A DNA stretch of 64,000 nt from Chlorokybus atmophyticus (GCA_009103225.1 RHPI01002069.1:1222744-1286743), one strand, 5' to 3'; counted from the stretch's first letter, positions 30,481 through 44,369 are shown. Translations and numbers: made by a program. The notes: generated by a model from the sequence alone, not told the origin.

Positions 30481-32703
30481 GCGTGCTGTCGTCCTCAGGT
30501 TCACTGCCGCATGATGTGGCTTAAGTGTGGGCAGGTTTCACAGCTTTTGCTTTTTGCTGCCATGCACTACTCTTGCGCCTCTTCCACCTTTTTGGATGGA
30601 ATTCCGGCCACTGGTTGTTGATGCTGGTCTTGTCTTGAGACCGCAACAACATTCACACCTGCTCAAACCCATAGAGGCTAAAGACAAACAAGAAAACGAC
30701 AACCAGCAAATACACCACTGTGCAGTTGGTATTGCACGTGAATCTTGCCAAGCACAGCTCGCTCCCTTCTGTCTATAATAATGAGGAAGTGTGCGAATAG
30801 GCAATGATGAAGTTTGGCACAATGGCTGTTCTATTGGTAGTTGTAAAGCTGACATACTGAAAACACTCGACGCATATCATGCATTCATAATACGGTGATC
30901 CCGTGAAGGTGCACAGAGCAAATCACTCGGAGTTGGTGCTAAGTCACTCGCAATGCTCTCCGCATGCAACTCGACTGTAATACTGGAAGCATGCAGTGCA
31001 TAGTATCGTACAGGTTGCAAGTGTGGAGAGAACATGGTCGGCTCTGGATGGCGTAGTAGCGTTGGGGTGGCCGCAATGCATGCGAAATAACGGCAGGCTT
31101 TTCGAAGGCTTGCGCTATGCTCACAACATCAACACACTCTCACAACGCTTACACTCTTCCAAGTCAGAAACAACTTGCTATTGCATCAGATTTCAAGCAA
31201 GTAGTATTAACTCTGAGCAGCTACCATCAAGGTATGGGAAAAGCTAAGAGTCAACAACGTATGCGCGAGAAAGAGAGAACTTGCATTACCAACTGCCTAA
31301 TTGAGAATGTTAATTGAGTACTTTTACTATTGTTCAGTCACAACAATTGTAACTGCCATAACCATTTATCTTCTTACATCCGGTCCATTCATTCGCGCGG
31401 GAAGCTATCGACGCTTCTAAGTCATTGATGATGACTGAAGCTAACACGGATAGGGATCCGGTTCGAATGCTACATTTTCATAGCTGAGGTGGCAGTCTTG
31501 AAACAAGGCTGCCTTGGTTGCATGCACGTGGTGATGCAAAATGGCGGCGGCGATCGATGATGCAAAAGCCATGCCGATGCCTAAGCGTTATTTGTGGCCA
31601 AGCAGGGCCACGAAGGCTATTGCTGTGAGTGCTGGTTTGCCAGCGTGGCGGAGGTCAACCCTTAGTGCTATGAGGTCCCTGTGAGCGTGGGGCTACCGGA
31701 GGCCAGCGAGGATAACCCTCCCCTTTCGATGTACTGGACTCCCCTCCGCAAGCATGGGCATATACTGCGCCAAAACCATGTTCATGACCATAGCTCTAGT
31801 TGGGGGCGCTACTCCTCCTGCAAGCATGTAGTCTCAGTGGGTGGTGCTGAACAGCGATGGTGCCGTTTGCGCACGCTGGCTCCTCCAAGGTTACAGCGAG
31901 TAACATGGGGCTGGGGTATACACTCCAGCTGGGGCAGCTGCCCTTGCAGAGCGGGTGTACGTGAATGCGACGACATGCATTGGGTCGCCTGCCCAACCTT
32001 GATCCCTGGCATCATCCCTGGGACCAGAGGTCTCCAGTAGAGTAGAGACCAGCAGATACCGCGACCTTTCTTTGCTGTATACATATGTGTAGTTGTAAAT
32101 CTATTGGCTGCAAGCCATGCAGTAATCGCATTGCATGCGTAAAACCTCCTTCACTTGTATAGAGTGGTTCTGTTTGTTACAAGTGTGTATGTTGGTATGT
32201 CTGCCTGCGCTCCCCAGCAGATGGTCCATTGTTATACTGCTCATGTCGAGTGCTCGTGGCATGACATGTGTATTCAACGAGGTGTATTGCAAGCAATATA
32301 TGCAGGGGGAAAGATGGCATGGTGCAATGGTGGATCAAATACAACAGCGTGTGCACTAAATGAGACGAACATGGCGCATGAGGTGATCAAAACACAGGGG
32401 CAAAGCTTGGAGTATCAAGCGAATTAAGTTGATGAGAGAAAGTTCATGCAAAGTGTTGTACACAAGTAAGCTCTTAATAGTAAGCGCATAGGTGCACATT
32501 GCATAATCTGCGAAGCTACTCAGCATGGTGCATTAGCATCGGTGTTCATGGCCACATAGCAGACAAGTTTGGGTTAATATAATATTTTTGGTTCAAGTCA
32601 CATATGGCAAGCAACTCGATGCTATGCGCACATAGCCTTGGAGATGAACATCGAAAGTTTCCCATTCCGAGTAACTAGCGTTACGCCTTGGCAAAGATAC
32701 ATT

Positions 32704-34926
32704 CTACAATGCTGCTGTACCTGAGCTTGAAGGTGCATATAGCATCTGTGTGCCAGGCCTGAAACCCAACTCAAGTGCCCGCGGCTGCAACCCTGGGCTC
32801 AGTCCCTTGGAGTTTGCAATGCACAGCTCCATCATGTGCAGATGCAAGGGGCTATTCTGCCAGAACTTCTGCGCCATGAACTCGTCCAATGGCATCCACT
32901 GCACAATACAATGCTGTCATTAATGCAGCCTTTAATATTTGATAAGACATGAGAACAAGGGGCCCTTGCAATGCGCTTACCCTGCAATCCTCAATCTCAC
33001 ACTCCTGGATGGTTATGTCTGTGGCAAGAGCCCTCATTGCGCATACGAAGAAGAGGTCAGATTTCCCAAACGCAAAGCCGTGCGCTTGCCTGCACATCAG
33101 GGCCATCCTTCAACCACGGAAAGGAAAGACAACAGGGCAAGCATTTTGCCTTACAACAGCAAGCAAGCAAGCATGCCAGTGCTACCACACACCTGAAGCA
33201 AATAACCTCCTGAAATTCCGCCCGCACCTGACATGCATTGTCTTTGAGTTTGCAATGCATGAGGGGTCGTTGCACATCGCCACTATGCGTGTTGACATTC
33301 CCTAGTGGTGACCGGTAACACTCGACTCAACAACAAAGCAACTCACCCCTGTTTCTTCAAACACCTCCCTAACAGCTGTATCGCCAATGTCCTCTCCCTA
33401 TCATTTGATACGTGACTCAGCTTGGAGACGTTCTTCAAGAAACATCACATTGCGACCTGGCTTGTAAGTTTCTTACTGGATTTGACAGGCCTGTGGGCAT
33501 CTTCCAAACCTTCAAGCCTTTGAGCGGCCCACTGCGTTCTTGCACAACCAGCATCTGCCATGCGCCATGTCATAACACTGCTGATGGCGCACACCCGTGG
33601 CTGGGCCGACCAACTGCACTTGCCACAAGCTCATACCTCATTGCGCTCATTCAACACAAATGCTCCAACGCCAACTTGGTGTGAAGGGTTTGACGGGAGA
33701 TTGTCCGCAACTCCAGGCAGCCAATGCGTGAGCATGATATAGTCCTTCTCCGCATGATGGAACTCAAAACCCGCCTGCGATATGCAGCTAGTCACAATCT
33801 GTACAATCTGTGCTTTCGCGTCCGTTTCCACGCACTCAATGACATTGACTTGTTGCAATTCTGACCTGAACTGCTGGATGCACCAACTGCGACTTTTTCT
33901 TGGGTATTTTCAACCAAACACCCCGTTTGCCCTGTAAGGACACCCAACATACTGAGCAACCGTCAGCTGCATGTCATACGTGCACAATTTTAAATATTGC
34001 ACTTCGAGCCTGCTAGCCAGCAGCTGCTCTCAAACAGCAAGTACTGGTCAACGAGTGTGACAGGCACACCTGTTCTCGCCAATGCCTCAACGATTGTTTT
34101 GCTAGCGACTGGAACACCTCCACATCTATGGGCAGCTTCTCAGCGGTGATAATTACTCCGTTGTACTTGTCCCCCTGAGACTCTAATACCTGCAGCCCTT
34201 GTCAAATCAAGTCAAACTTTCACAACAGCCGTAAGCACCGATTAGCAAATGCATGCGCTACTGGAACAATTGCACAGCGGACCTGCTGTTGAATGCATTT
34301 ACAACAAACCAGGTGACTACACCGTTGTAGATCAGAAGATGGTTTCGTGTCACAAGCAATCACAGATAACTATGACAACACCGTAAAGTCAGCAGTTGTA
34401 ATGATTGAACATGAGAATCAACGTTAGCTACCATTTCCAGCAGAAAGTCAGTGCTTGACGACATAATTTGTCCATGTTGCGAAGGTTGTGACTGATGACT
34501 ACAGCCGCTGCAACATGTGCTTTCCGGCGATTGGAGTAAATCAGAGAGAGTCAGCCTGGAAATCAAACTTATGCATCCCACCTCCTGAGGGAGAAGCAAT
34601 TCCCGGGTCGCCACATCCATGTCGTCCGCAACAGCCCCAGCAGGGGCCTCCCCGCGAGCCATCTGCGCAGCAACCCGCCCCAGCCGCCGCTGCCAAACAA
34701 TGGCACCGGCAAGCGGGCTGCCCAGCCTTTGCTGCAGCTGCTGCCGCCGGTGGTGCCCACTCCCCAGCCCAGTCACCGTGCACAGCCGCGAACCTCCACG
34801 CGACCAGCCTCCCTCTCTCACGCAAACGACGACCACCCTCCCCAGCCCCACAGCCAAGCACAACCTTCCCCGCGCCGCCACCACCGGCACCGCCACCGCT
34901 GCCGCCGCCCCAGCGACTGACCACAT
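32704..34926 (-). CDS. Nudix hydrolase of the plant NUDX2/8-like family with a probable organellar transit peptide, about 9 exons
   Basis: DKYNGVII; GKRGVWLKIP; GFEFHHAEKDYIMLTHWLP; SHQVGVGAFVLN; Nudix box GLSNP|GEDIGDTAVREVFEETG; FGKSDLFFVC; WMPLDEF; GT-AG phases are consistent. The start codon (MWSVAG) is inferred. Confidence 0.88.
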
Positions 34927-35181
34927 GCACAATTCCTGCCAACTCGGCACATACTAAACACACAATCAAAAGGCCACACTCTCGCAATGGAGTGCAGCGA
35001 CTGTCGCACCTGGTGTGACCGACTGAGAGCAGACTGCGAGAGAGAGACTCTCCTCGTCACTTTGATCAGACCTGTCCACGTGGGCTCAGCACTTGCTATC
35101 ACGAGGGGAGGGAGACTTAGACTGATGCGATCCGCATCGGGAGATCAGAGACCGGCGACCTATGTCGAGCCGGGTCGGGCT

Positions 35182-35189
35182 TAGGGTTT
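35182..35189. promoter_or_regulatory. Telo-box-like motif (TAGGGTTT) in the divergent promoter region between Nudix and ECD
   Basis: Exact AAACCCTA reverse complement next to GGGCT. It is a single short motif and could be chance. Confidence 0.3.
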
Positions 35190-35903
35190 ATCGGCGGGCA
35201 GCACTTCTGCTGGTGGGTTGCGCAGTGTGTGTTGAGCTTGGAGAAGGTGCTGCTGGCTGGAGGGCGGGTGTCTTGGCGCTGGCGATTCTGTTGCATGACA
35301 CAGGTGAGGGTGTACTTGTAGCTGTTGTGGAATTTCTTGTTGTCGGTGCGTTTGACGCGTACAGGGAGGCTCAGCCGGTTCGAATGTGTGCGGTGTCTCG
35401 CACATGGTAGGCAGCCGCTTGTGTTTGAAGACTTGCTGTGTTTGAAGACTTGCTGCATGCTTCAGTTTGAGCGTGAATTGCCTATGTAGGGATGTTGAAA
35501 CTTGTTACTCAAGTGTTGTGTGATCTTTTATCAGCAAATGGCTTGTTGCTGTCGAGCCGTTATGATCCGGCGTTGCTTTCTTTTTCTTTTCAAACGGAAC
35601 TGGCGCTTCTATTGAAGCATTCTGCGTGTACAGGTCTAGTCTGCTTATATCCTAGGCGGTTGCTGGCAGTAGGTATTCGCATTAGCCAACTGCTGCATCA
35701 GCTACAGCATGCTGACAACGCAGCAAACTTGATGTTCAGCTTGTGTTGTCAGAAGAAGTGGCTTGCACGCTGCCACCTATCGTTTGCGTTCACTGACATG
35801 CATCCCATTGCGAATGGCGGACAGCAAGCCTCATCCCTAATGCTCGGATGGTGTTGAGCAGGGCTTTACGGCATGAAGGGCTGAGCCAGTGTAGGGGACA
35901 AGC

Positions 35904-38691
35904 ATGGCAGCCGCAGGTGGCAAGTCCGACTTGCGCTCGCTGCTGGGCGAGCAGCTCTACGCACCCGAAGATCGTGTCGAGTACTTTCTCTATCCTGATG
36001 GCAGCGCTAGCCAGCAAGCGCTGCTTGACCTGCGCGCTGCGTGTTTGGAGCGCGCTGGCAACATCGCTGCCGGGCACATTTGGCAAAAAGAACCCTTTGA
36101 TCTCGCACCTGTGCCCGCAGGTAAGGATTGCTGACATGCGTGCATCATTCCCGAGGACGAACAGTTCTTGAGTGTGCTGGTGTGGAGAGCGAGTGCAGTG
36201 TTTGAGCCCCTTGCTTGCTTTTTGATCAGATTGCAACCACGGACGCAATCAGGACACTATACATGTTTTGCTGAGAGTGCCTTATACACCTTCTTTCCAA
36301 AGACATGCTCTTTGCACGGCACAACCTGCTGTCATACATGACCCTGAGCATAGGTGTGAAGCATAGCGTAACATGCAAACTTTTGGGTTTGCAGCAAACC
36401 AGGCCAATAAGTTTGTGCCGGCGCACTTGGCTGGGAGCAGCAAGCTTGGGGAGAGCATTGAGGACGAATGGCTGATCGTGTACATACTGACTGAATTGAC
36501 GCGAGCGCTCCCAAACATCTCAGCTGCTGTACGAGACGCAGATGGCCAATTTCTTCTCATTGAGGTGGCGCTGCACTTGCCGCGCTGGCTGAACCCACAG
36601 AACAGCGACAACCGCGTGTTTATCCGAGGGGGAAAGCTGTGCATCCTACAGCAGGACCAAACATCTGGTGGGCTGCCGCTTCAAGCAGCATTGCAGGTTT
36701 CAGCATGTGTCTTTTTCACCTTACTTATGTTGTGCATGTGATGCTAATTCGAGTGCAAGTTTGCTTTTGTCCCAAATGCGTCCTTATTGTATCAATCTGT
36801 GCGTAACATGTAAGCTTGCATGCGCACTTCACAGTTGTCAAGGCTTATTCTGGTTGGCAGAGTTTGAAGGATCAGCCCGATGCAGCATTGCCTTCAGCTG
36901 GCGCTCAGGCTGCCATTGACTCGCGTCTTGAGTGTTATCCTAGCAAGATCAAGCGTCTGGTGCACACCGCACGCGCAAGGCTGCCGAGCAAAGTCGCGCA
37001 GGTGCTGAGACACGAGCCGCAGCTGGCGTCTCTTGCAGTGGACGCTTTCTACTACAGAGATCTTGACGACATGAAGGCGGCCGCAGCAATGCGGAACTTC
37101 AGCCCGTCTGACGATGAGCTGGTGGATGTCATGGTGACACTCAACAGGTGTGATGACGATCAGGTGTCATGCCCCTTACAAATGTTGCTCAATGTCCGTG
37201 TTTTGGTAGTGCACTTGGTATCGTGGCGGAAATGAACAACAATTGACTTATGTTTCCAATTTGTATGATGCTGCAGGTCCCAGTACGCGATCCTCTCTCA
37301 GCAACCATTCGAAGCTCCCAAGGGTTTTACCATGCCGCCACCATCGCACCCTGACTTTGCTGCCACCGAGCTTGGCATGAAGCTAGCGGTGGGTTTTGAG
37401 ATATTGTATCAAAGGGGCTCGTCAGCGGAAGCCGATGCTGTGCGCCTGGCAAGTCCTGCAGGTCAGGTTTCACAGTGTGTGATGGTGTTGATGATCAGGC
37501 ATCTGCGGTGATATTGGTTGCGTAGTGGCTGATTGTGGGTTGTGTTTGCAGGAGCCTCAAGCACATCTTCTACAGCTGTGCCTAAGAATGACGCTGCTTG
37601 GGAAAGGTTTCTTGAGAGCTTGACAGAGAAAGGTTACTTTAGAGGCAACATACCAGGCTCGCAAGAATATCGCAGTCTGCTTTCTGCGGCGGCAAAAGCA
37701 TATCGCCAGACATCCGCGCACGAGCAGCGGCTCGCTGCGCTGAGCAAACCCTCTCAAACCATGGACGCGCTGTTACAGCAGCCTTTCTCAGCAGCAGACT
37801 TCCCAGCATCGTACTTGCGTGAGAATGATGATGATCGGTGGTTGCGCGAGGGTGATGACACGCTCGAGAGCATGCTGATGCAGCGGCAGAAAGAGATGGA
37901 CGAGTACAACGCGCGCAAGAGGTCCCGCGCCTTCTCGCCGGCAACGGAGTCGAGCAGAGCTTTTCACCCGGAGGATGTCGTGAATCGCATGACATCCTTT
38001 GTGGACAAGCTTTCGAGCTTTGAGGGCGCAGAGCTGCCTGATGACGGTCTCGATGTCTCCCGCTTCATGTCTGAGCTACAGGTGCGCAAGCAACACACTG
38101 ACTGAGACGGCGTTGTGGATCATTGCTATTGTTAAATGTGTTAAGAGTATCACTCATGTTATGCACATGCAGAATGCACTGGGCCTGAGCGGCGACGCAG
38201 CCCGGCACGCGGATGCAGACTCTGAGGATGACTTCATGAGCACTGATGACGATAGTGAAAGCGAGTCCGACTCGGAGGAGGAAGAGGCGCAGAATGCTCC
38301 TGCAAGGACTGCGAATGTGAGCCAGAATGCGCGGGACACGCCCATGTCTTCGGGCCCACCGCGTTTCAAGATGTTCCATCCCGCGACTGAAGACGAGGAG
38401 CCCGACAGCGATGACGAACAAGAGGCCGCCGGCTTCATGCAAGAGTACTCTGAGGTGCTTGATGAGCAGCTGCGAGGCACTGCGGTCGGGCAGGGTTTCG
38501 AGCGTGAGACGGATGCGGGCACCCCCACGGTGAAGAGTAAAGAGGTCCTGGCGCCTGTCAATGTGGACGTGAACCTGGTAAAGAACATGCTCGCGTCGTA
38601 TTCAGCGCAGGAAGGGCTCGCAGGCCCGGCGTCCACTCTGCTTGGCGCCATGGGGCTTAATCTGCCAGACAATCTAGATGATGTTGATTGA
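35904..38691 (+). CDS. ECD: Ecdysoneless/SGT1-family protein, about 6 exons
   Basis: IWQKEPF; IEDEWLIVYIL..DADGQFLLIEVALHLPRWLNPQNSDNRVFIRGG; HEPQLASLAVDAFYYRD; ELGMKLAVGFE; C-terminal PVNVDVNLVKNMLASYSAQEGLAGPASTLLGAMG. Confidence 0.93.
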
Positions 38692-38849
38692 TAGTGACAG
38701 GCTGTGGTCTGCGGGTTGACACGAGGCGAGTGAGTGACTTGTGAACACCTGAGTATATGCTTGCGGATAGGCGGTTGAGAGTTTTGTGTGGAAAGCCAGT
38801 ATAAGCTGACGGTATCCACAAATCAGTCTGGTGAAAGGTCGGGGGGGGG

Positions 38850-38898
38850 NNNNNNNNNNNNNNNNNNNNNNNNNNNNNNNNNNNNNNNNNNNNNNNNN
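38850..38898. other. Assembly gap (49 N) flanked by poly-G runs
   Basis: N run with G homopolymers on both sides. Confidence 0.99.
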
Positions 38899-39850
38899 GG
38901 GGGGGGGGGGGGGGGGGTTGCGCCAATAGCATCATTGAATAGTTATATGCATGGCAATTATAGATACAAGCATTGCATGGAAACCTATTACCATTTGAGT
39001 ACTCATCGTCATCTTGGTGTGCGTCTTGCCCGCCAGCGCGTCGCCTGTGACTTGCAGCGTGCAGGCCATGGCACTCATGGCGCGAGGATCGGCAGCTGTG
39101 GCGCCGATGCCGGGTGGATACCGGTGGCGCCAGGGCCCCCGACGACAGAGGCTGACGCAGCACTCGCATAGAGTAGGGTAGTGCCCGTGCATGAGATGCA
39201 TAGTAGCTGCGCTGACTCAATGCTGCGTGTCATTGTAATAGAGGGTTGTATAAACACAAACTGCACATTGCGCAGCCTTGCTGGCAGTGCGCGCATGGCA
39301 TGCAGTTGTGAGTTGAGCACTTGGCCCCTTTGCTATACCGTATGCAGAAGGAATGGGCCTTGTACAAAAAGTCAGAAGGGTCTTTGGTGCGGTATACCAG
39401 ATTTCAGCAAAGTGTGGTGCACTGCTTGGTGAGATGCATTGTGCAGACAAATGATGTTTTGATGTCGTGAAAGCTACCGTAGCCTTGGAGCAAACTCACA
39501 AGTGTCCAACGATAACCAACAGAAATAAAAGAAATTACAGACATCACTGTGCAGACATGCCAGACGATCAGCAAGCTTCCTGCCATGCTGACAGCTTAGC
39601 ACTGACATGCCAAGGAGATTCAGCAAGTGCAGACTGGGGGTTTGTGTTGCTATCATGCACATGGCACCTTGTGACCATAGCTTTGATGGCAACTAATGTG
39701 CAATCACAGGGCCATGAAAGGTCGCAGTAGCCTGCTCATGTGAAAATATGCTCGAACTACAAGGGGGTATATTTTGGGCAAGCGAAACTGGTACTACACA
39801 GTAGATGCCTGCTGATAATTATGTAATGTTCAGCTGTTACACCGCATAAA

Positions 39851-41611
39851 TTAAGCGCCCGGCAGGGAAAGCGGCTTCTTCCGCGGCACCACCTCAGCAT
39901 CAATTACGCTGTTGTTCCGGGTGCCACCAAGGTTCAAACCTGTGGTTCCCGAAAGCACTCGTGCAGGGCTGATCACCTCCGACCGAGTAATGCTGGCAGC
40001 CTCAGAGCCAAGGTTGCTCTGCAGCCAACCGTTGCCGCCCTCGAAACCACCCTGAATGGGGTACACCTTCTTGAAGCCCAGGCCAGCAAGCGCCTTTGCG
40101 ACATCCCTGGCTGTATCGTTGTTCCGGTCCAGCAAGAAAATCTTGGTATTTGGGTTGAGAGTCTTCAACGATGCAATCTTGATGGCAGCAATCTTGACCT
40201 CAACATTCTTGACATTGCGAAGGCTTCCGCGGAGCTTGCGGTCATCAATTTGGTCAGCCTCAACATTGACGAGCTTGTTCTGTGCTCCACGTGGCAGCTT
40301 AGGCACGCCTGACCTCCGCTTCTCATCCTCCGTCCTCACATCAATCAAGTACACCTTATCCTTGGTGAGCGCATCCAGAGCCTGAGGTGCAGTCACCGTG
40401 CCTGCAATGCCAACCAGTTGAGACTGTAGCACAAAGGCATAGCAGCTGAGAGGCGATCCCAAGTGGGTATGTAGGTGCTGACAGGTTGCTTACCAGCAAA
40501 GCCGCGGGTGAGGCCGAGTAATCCGGAGAGGACCTTAGGAGTGAGGAACAGAGCGAGCACAACGCCACTGCCCTCAACGGCCAGGGTGGTCAGGTCTGAC
40601 TGAAGCACAGTCTGCAAAAGCGACTGTGCCACAGGGGTGCCCGCGACCAAAGCCTGTGAAGCCACCTCTGTCGCAGTTCCAGCAACTGAGCTGGCGGTCT
40701 GCATGACACAGCCACTTAGCGCGGCACTAGCATGCAGAAGTCGGTCAGAGTCAACAATGCCTGCATACAAACATGGGCTGCAAACCATGTGCAGCGATTG
40801 CTTTGAAGACTATTCACTGCGCAGTTTCAGTGCATACATACAATGCTGGCCAAAGATGACTGCACACAAGAATCCTCTTGGAAAGCAATGCACCTTGATC
40901 ACAGGCTGGGCATCGTAGCCATTGCTGGACAAGTAGTTCTGCGCAAGCTTGCCAGCCTCGCCCAGCAGCTTGCCGCCCTCCTTGAACGCCTGCTCGGCGA
41001 GCGGGCCGCCGAACTTGATGGCTTCAGTGGCAGCGCTCTGTACGTACGGGGCAGCTGCCTGCAAACCCGCATGCATGTCATGCCATTGTCGCTAGCAACC
41101 TCCCACTCACACAAACAGCGGCAGGTACGCAAAGTCTCATGCAATATCAGTTCGTCCGTCACGGCTGGCTGGGCAGAACAAACTGCTTGCATGGCAAAGT
41201 CCATGCCGCTACCTGCATGCAAGCATACCATGCTTTGCCAGCGTGCCCCATGCTTACCTGCACGTAGGGGCTGGCAGTGTCGATGGCTGTGCCGGTAACG
41301 CCCTTGACGGTGTCAAAGATGGAGACGCCGGTCTCAACAACCTTTGGAAGGGCGGAGATGATGTCTGAGGCGTCCAAGGCGGAGGCAGGGCCGGCGGAGG
41401 AGGCAACGGCGGCGACAGACGCAGCGGTCAGCGCAAAGCTCGCGGCAGAGCGCTCCTTGTTGCTCTCCGCCGAAGCCTGCACCCGGGTCCGGCGGCGCTG
41501 GGCACACACTGCAGGAATTGGCTGCCTAGTTGCCGGAGAGGCGCTCTTAGGCACGCGGGCGCGCAGTTGCGCCACGCTCGCCACAGACGAAGACGATGCC
41601 AACGCCTCCAT
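39851..41611 (-). CDS. CAS: Chloroplast calcium-sensing receptor (thylakoid rhodanese-like protein), 4 exons
   Basis: Ser/Ala-rich transit peptide from MEALASSSS; one transmembrane segment; rhodanese-like domain TAPQALDAL..LIDVRTEDEKRRSGVPKLP..IAAIKIASLK..GGFEGGNGWLQSNLG, matching the plant CAS pattern. Confidence 0.92.
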
Positions 41612-42160
41612 GCCTACCGTCTCCCTTACCCCAGCCTCCTCCTCCTCCTCGCCCTGCTCCGCCGCCTCCGCTAACGCCTCCAACCAATGCCAGCCTGCGA
41701 CGGAAAGCCGACCGCCAATCTGTATAGTGAGAGTTAGAGGCCGTGTTTCAGGTATCGCGCCAGTGGATCTGCGCTGTATGCGAGGTACATAGAGTATCGC
41801 GCGGAGCTGGCGGGGCGGCTTCTGCGCCGCTATTGCGCCGTGTGCTAAGACTAGCGCCGTATCGGAGATACCGCGGCACCCTCTCTCTGGTCCCTTCCGT
41901 CGAGCTGCCAGCTGGCAGCTTCGGACCTTTACCAAGCTACCGCTAGGCTGTAGTGCCGGTAGTCATGACAACCCAAAAATACCCCGGCAATAGGCAATAC
42001 ATTAGCTAACCCTAGCTCGTCATGGCAATGTGCCCTGCTGAATCAGCAATGCTGATTACTTGCCATTTACGAGTTGTAACTCGCAAGGTCCATTTATGAT
42101 CTCAACAACCCTCAAAACGTAGGCATACGTCAAGCTCTATTATGTGATACAATTTTTGAG

Positions 42161-42172
42161 TGTGAGTGTGTG

Positions 42173-42226
<54 letters not shown>
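42161..42226. repeat. (TG)n microsatellite
   Basis: About 30 TG units with two interruptions. Confidence 0.95.
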
Positions 42227-42228
<2 letters not shown>

Positions 42229-43386
42229 GTTATATCATGAATCATACTTAGTATAATTTCGATTATGCACATACACGATTTTAAAGATTGGCTCTTTGCA
42301 AATGCTCAGGTGTGCGCATGCCATTATTGCGTAAAGTAATTGGTAAATAATGTTTGTCGCATATGTTGTTATTATTATTCTGCTTTCAACGTGGATGGCA
42401 TGATGTCGACATGACCTTGATGAGAAATAAAACACATCTTGAATGAGTGCAAGTGTAAGAAACTCAGCTTATGATCGTCAAGAAAACACGCAATCCAAAT
42501 TGAATGTATTATGAGATAAATTTGCTACAATTATAATCTGTATAACATGCATTTTATATGTCATCCATTTCATAAATAGTATTTGTATAATCACTAAGTT
42601 AAATGATATTTTGCGCAGTATTGTGTAAAATATAAGTAGAGGAGGATGCACTTGAATTGCAAAGGCATCACTCGCCAAGCTTGAGGCACTGCCTTAGGCT
42701 CGGCATGTTGAGCTTCAAGCGGATATTGATGTGGATGCGGATGCAGCAACAAGCAATGCAGCGCTGTTGAAGGCCACGGTGTCAAAGCAGGTAAAACTTA
42801 AAGATGTTGCATCAAAGACCACTGAGACAGTAACTGGAATTGAACACATCTTGGATGTTATTGCTGCAAGTGTTTGTCATTAAAAATACTATACTACGCA
42901 TCATCCCTCTTGTCGCTGCACGAATGGCAAGACGTGTTGAGGCAGTTGACTGTTTATATCGATATTGCCTTAGCGTGTCAGTAATAGAGTCGTGACCTCT
43001 ACAACAAGGGAGGCGCGATAATGTACTCGCTAATGATAGAAGCGTGTCGACTCGCTCGCGCGTCTCCGTGGATTGCCTCAGCACGTCTTACTATTCGTGC
43101 AGCTAATTGTTATAAACGGAGGGTGTTCCACTAGGTTACATGAGCAAAAGGCGCTGATGGTTGGGAATAAAAATGAATTTATGCTACACTCATAATTGAA
43201 TATCCTCCCCCTTTACATGTAAACTTCCCACAACCATCCAATAACCAGTAAACCTCGACATTAACTTCACTGATGCAGGCACGTCACCGATCGCCAGCCT
43301 CAGGCTAATCGGCAACTTGATTAATTTTTGCGCGCGCGAAATGACGCGCGCGACTTTTAACCGCGGCAGGTCGCTTTTTGACCAAT

Positions 43387-43668
43387 GGGTCGACCCTGAA
43401 CTCGGTCATTCTCGCGCGACACTGCGACATGTCGTGTAACCAGCAAATATATATCCCTTATACGTTTTACCTGCCTTGGATCAGGGCTGAATCATGCCAA
43501 AAATATTGCGTTATATCCCCCTTTGAAAGTCGAACTCAGGACCTCATTGAAGCTCTCAATATCAATTGTTACAAATTGAGGGTGTTCCACTTGGCGACAT
43601 CAGCAAAAGGCAATCATGGTCGAGGATTTTAACATACACTTATGCTACAATCGTAATATTTATTCTTC
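43387..43668 (+). repeat. 282-bp dispersed repeat, copy 1
   Basis: Starts GGGTCGACCCTGAACTCGG and reads identical by eye to 48494-48775. Confidence 0.92.
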
Positions 43669-43682
43669 TTGTCGCTGGACGA

Positions 43683-43724
43683 ATGGCAAGATGCGCTGAG
43701 GACGTCCTCAGCGCGTCTTGCCAT
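43683..43724. repeat. 42-bp loopless palindrome, 1 mismatch
   Basis: ATGGCAAGATGCGCTGAGGAC|GTCCTCAGCGCGTCTTGCCAT. Confidence 0.92.
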
Positions 43725-44369
43725 CCATCAACAAGAGGGATGATGAGGCAGTCTTTTGCTGTGCAGAATAGGTGACATATAAGCGCTCTCTCTCTCTCTC
43801 TCTCTCTCACACGCTGCAACTCACGTCGCTTATCTATTGCTAAAAGCGGTCATAATTTCGCTCTTTTGCCTTGCTTTTACTTACTATAGGTGACCAAATG
43901 CACTGTATGTCACGCATGGCTATAACTATATTGACTCCACGCCTGGTGTTGGAAGAAGAAATGCTGGCCCCACATCTCGCAACGCAATCACTACTGGTAC
44001 GTCTCGTAGTCAATGCTTTTAATTGCCAATCATCAAATTCTTATCAAGACTTTCATTTAACCATTGAATTACTTTGTTGATCAAAGCATCTTAGCGTTTG
44101 TATACATGCAAAACACGCGCATTTTTATGAATACATAAACAAGTCATTTGTTACATGCCGCATATGCAATCAATGAACCTGAGGCTCATGTTATTTGCAT
44201 TGTGAACTGGCTACATCAGCTGACTTAACATATGTAGCCATATTGGTTTAAAGTAAAGTTCATGCTGGAATATCATGGCTACAACAGTCGATTGTGGTCT
44301 GCCGTATCAAAAGAGGCTTTTGTCAAACATATCTCGCTTTTGGCTAAGAATGAGGATTGTGCTTTTATT

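Noticed and set aside
31421-31493. C/D box snoRNA (ATGATGA at 31428, CTGA at 31484)
   Set aside because: The terminal stem is mostly G-T pairs and I could not identify a convincing rRNA or snRNA complement. A snoscan or Infernal search would be needed.
31681-32084. GC-rich ORF fragments at the end of the TE block
   Set aside because: Stops occur in the most protein-like frame and there is no recognisable domain, so nothing could be supported.
35117-35458. Short ORFs on both strands between Nudix and ECD
   Set aside because: No recognisable motif. The region is better explained as the divergent promoter and UTRs.
38841-38917. G-quadruplex or regulatory poly-G element
   Set aside because: The runs abut an assembly gap, so their true length and context are unknown.
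44331-44349. U2 snRNA 5' end resemblance (TCTCG..TTTTGGCTAAGA)
   Set aside because: The match is only about 12 nt, and the branch-point pairing sequence GTGTAGTA and the Sm site do not follow.
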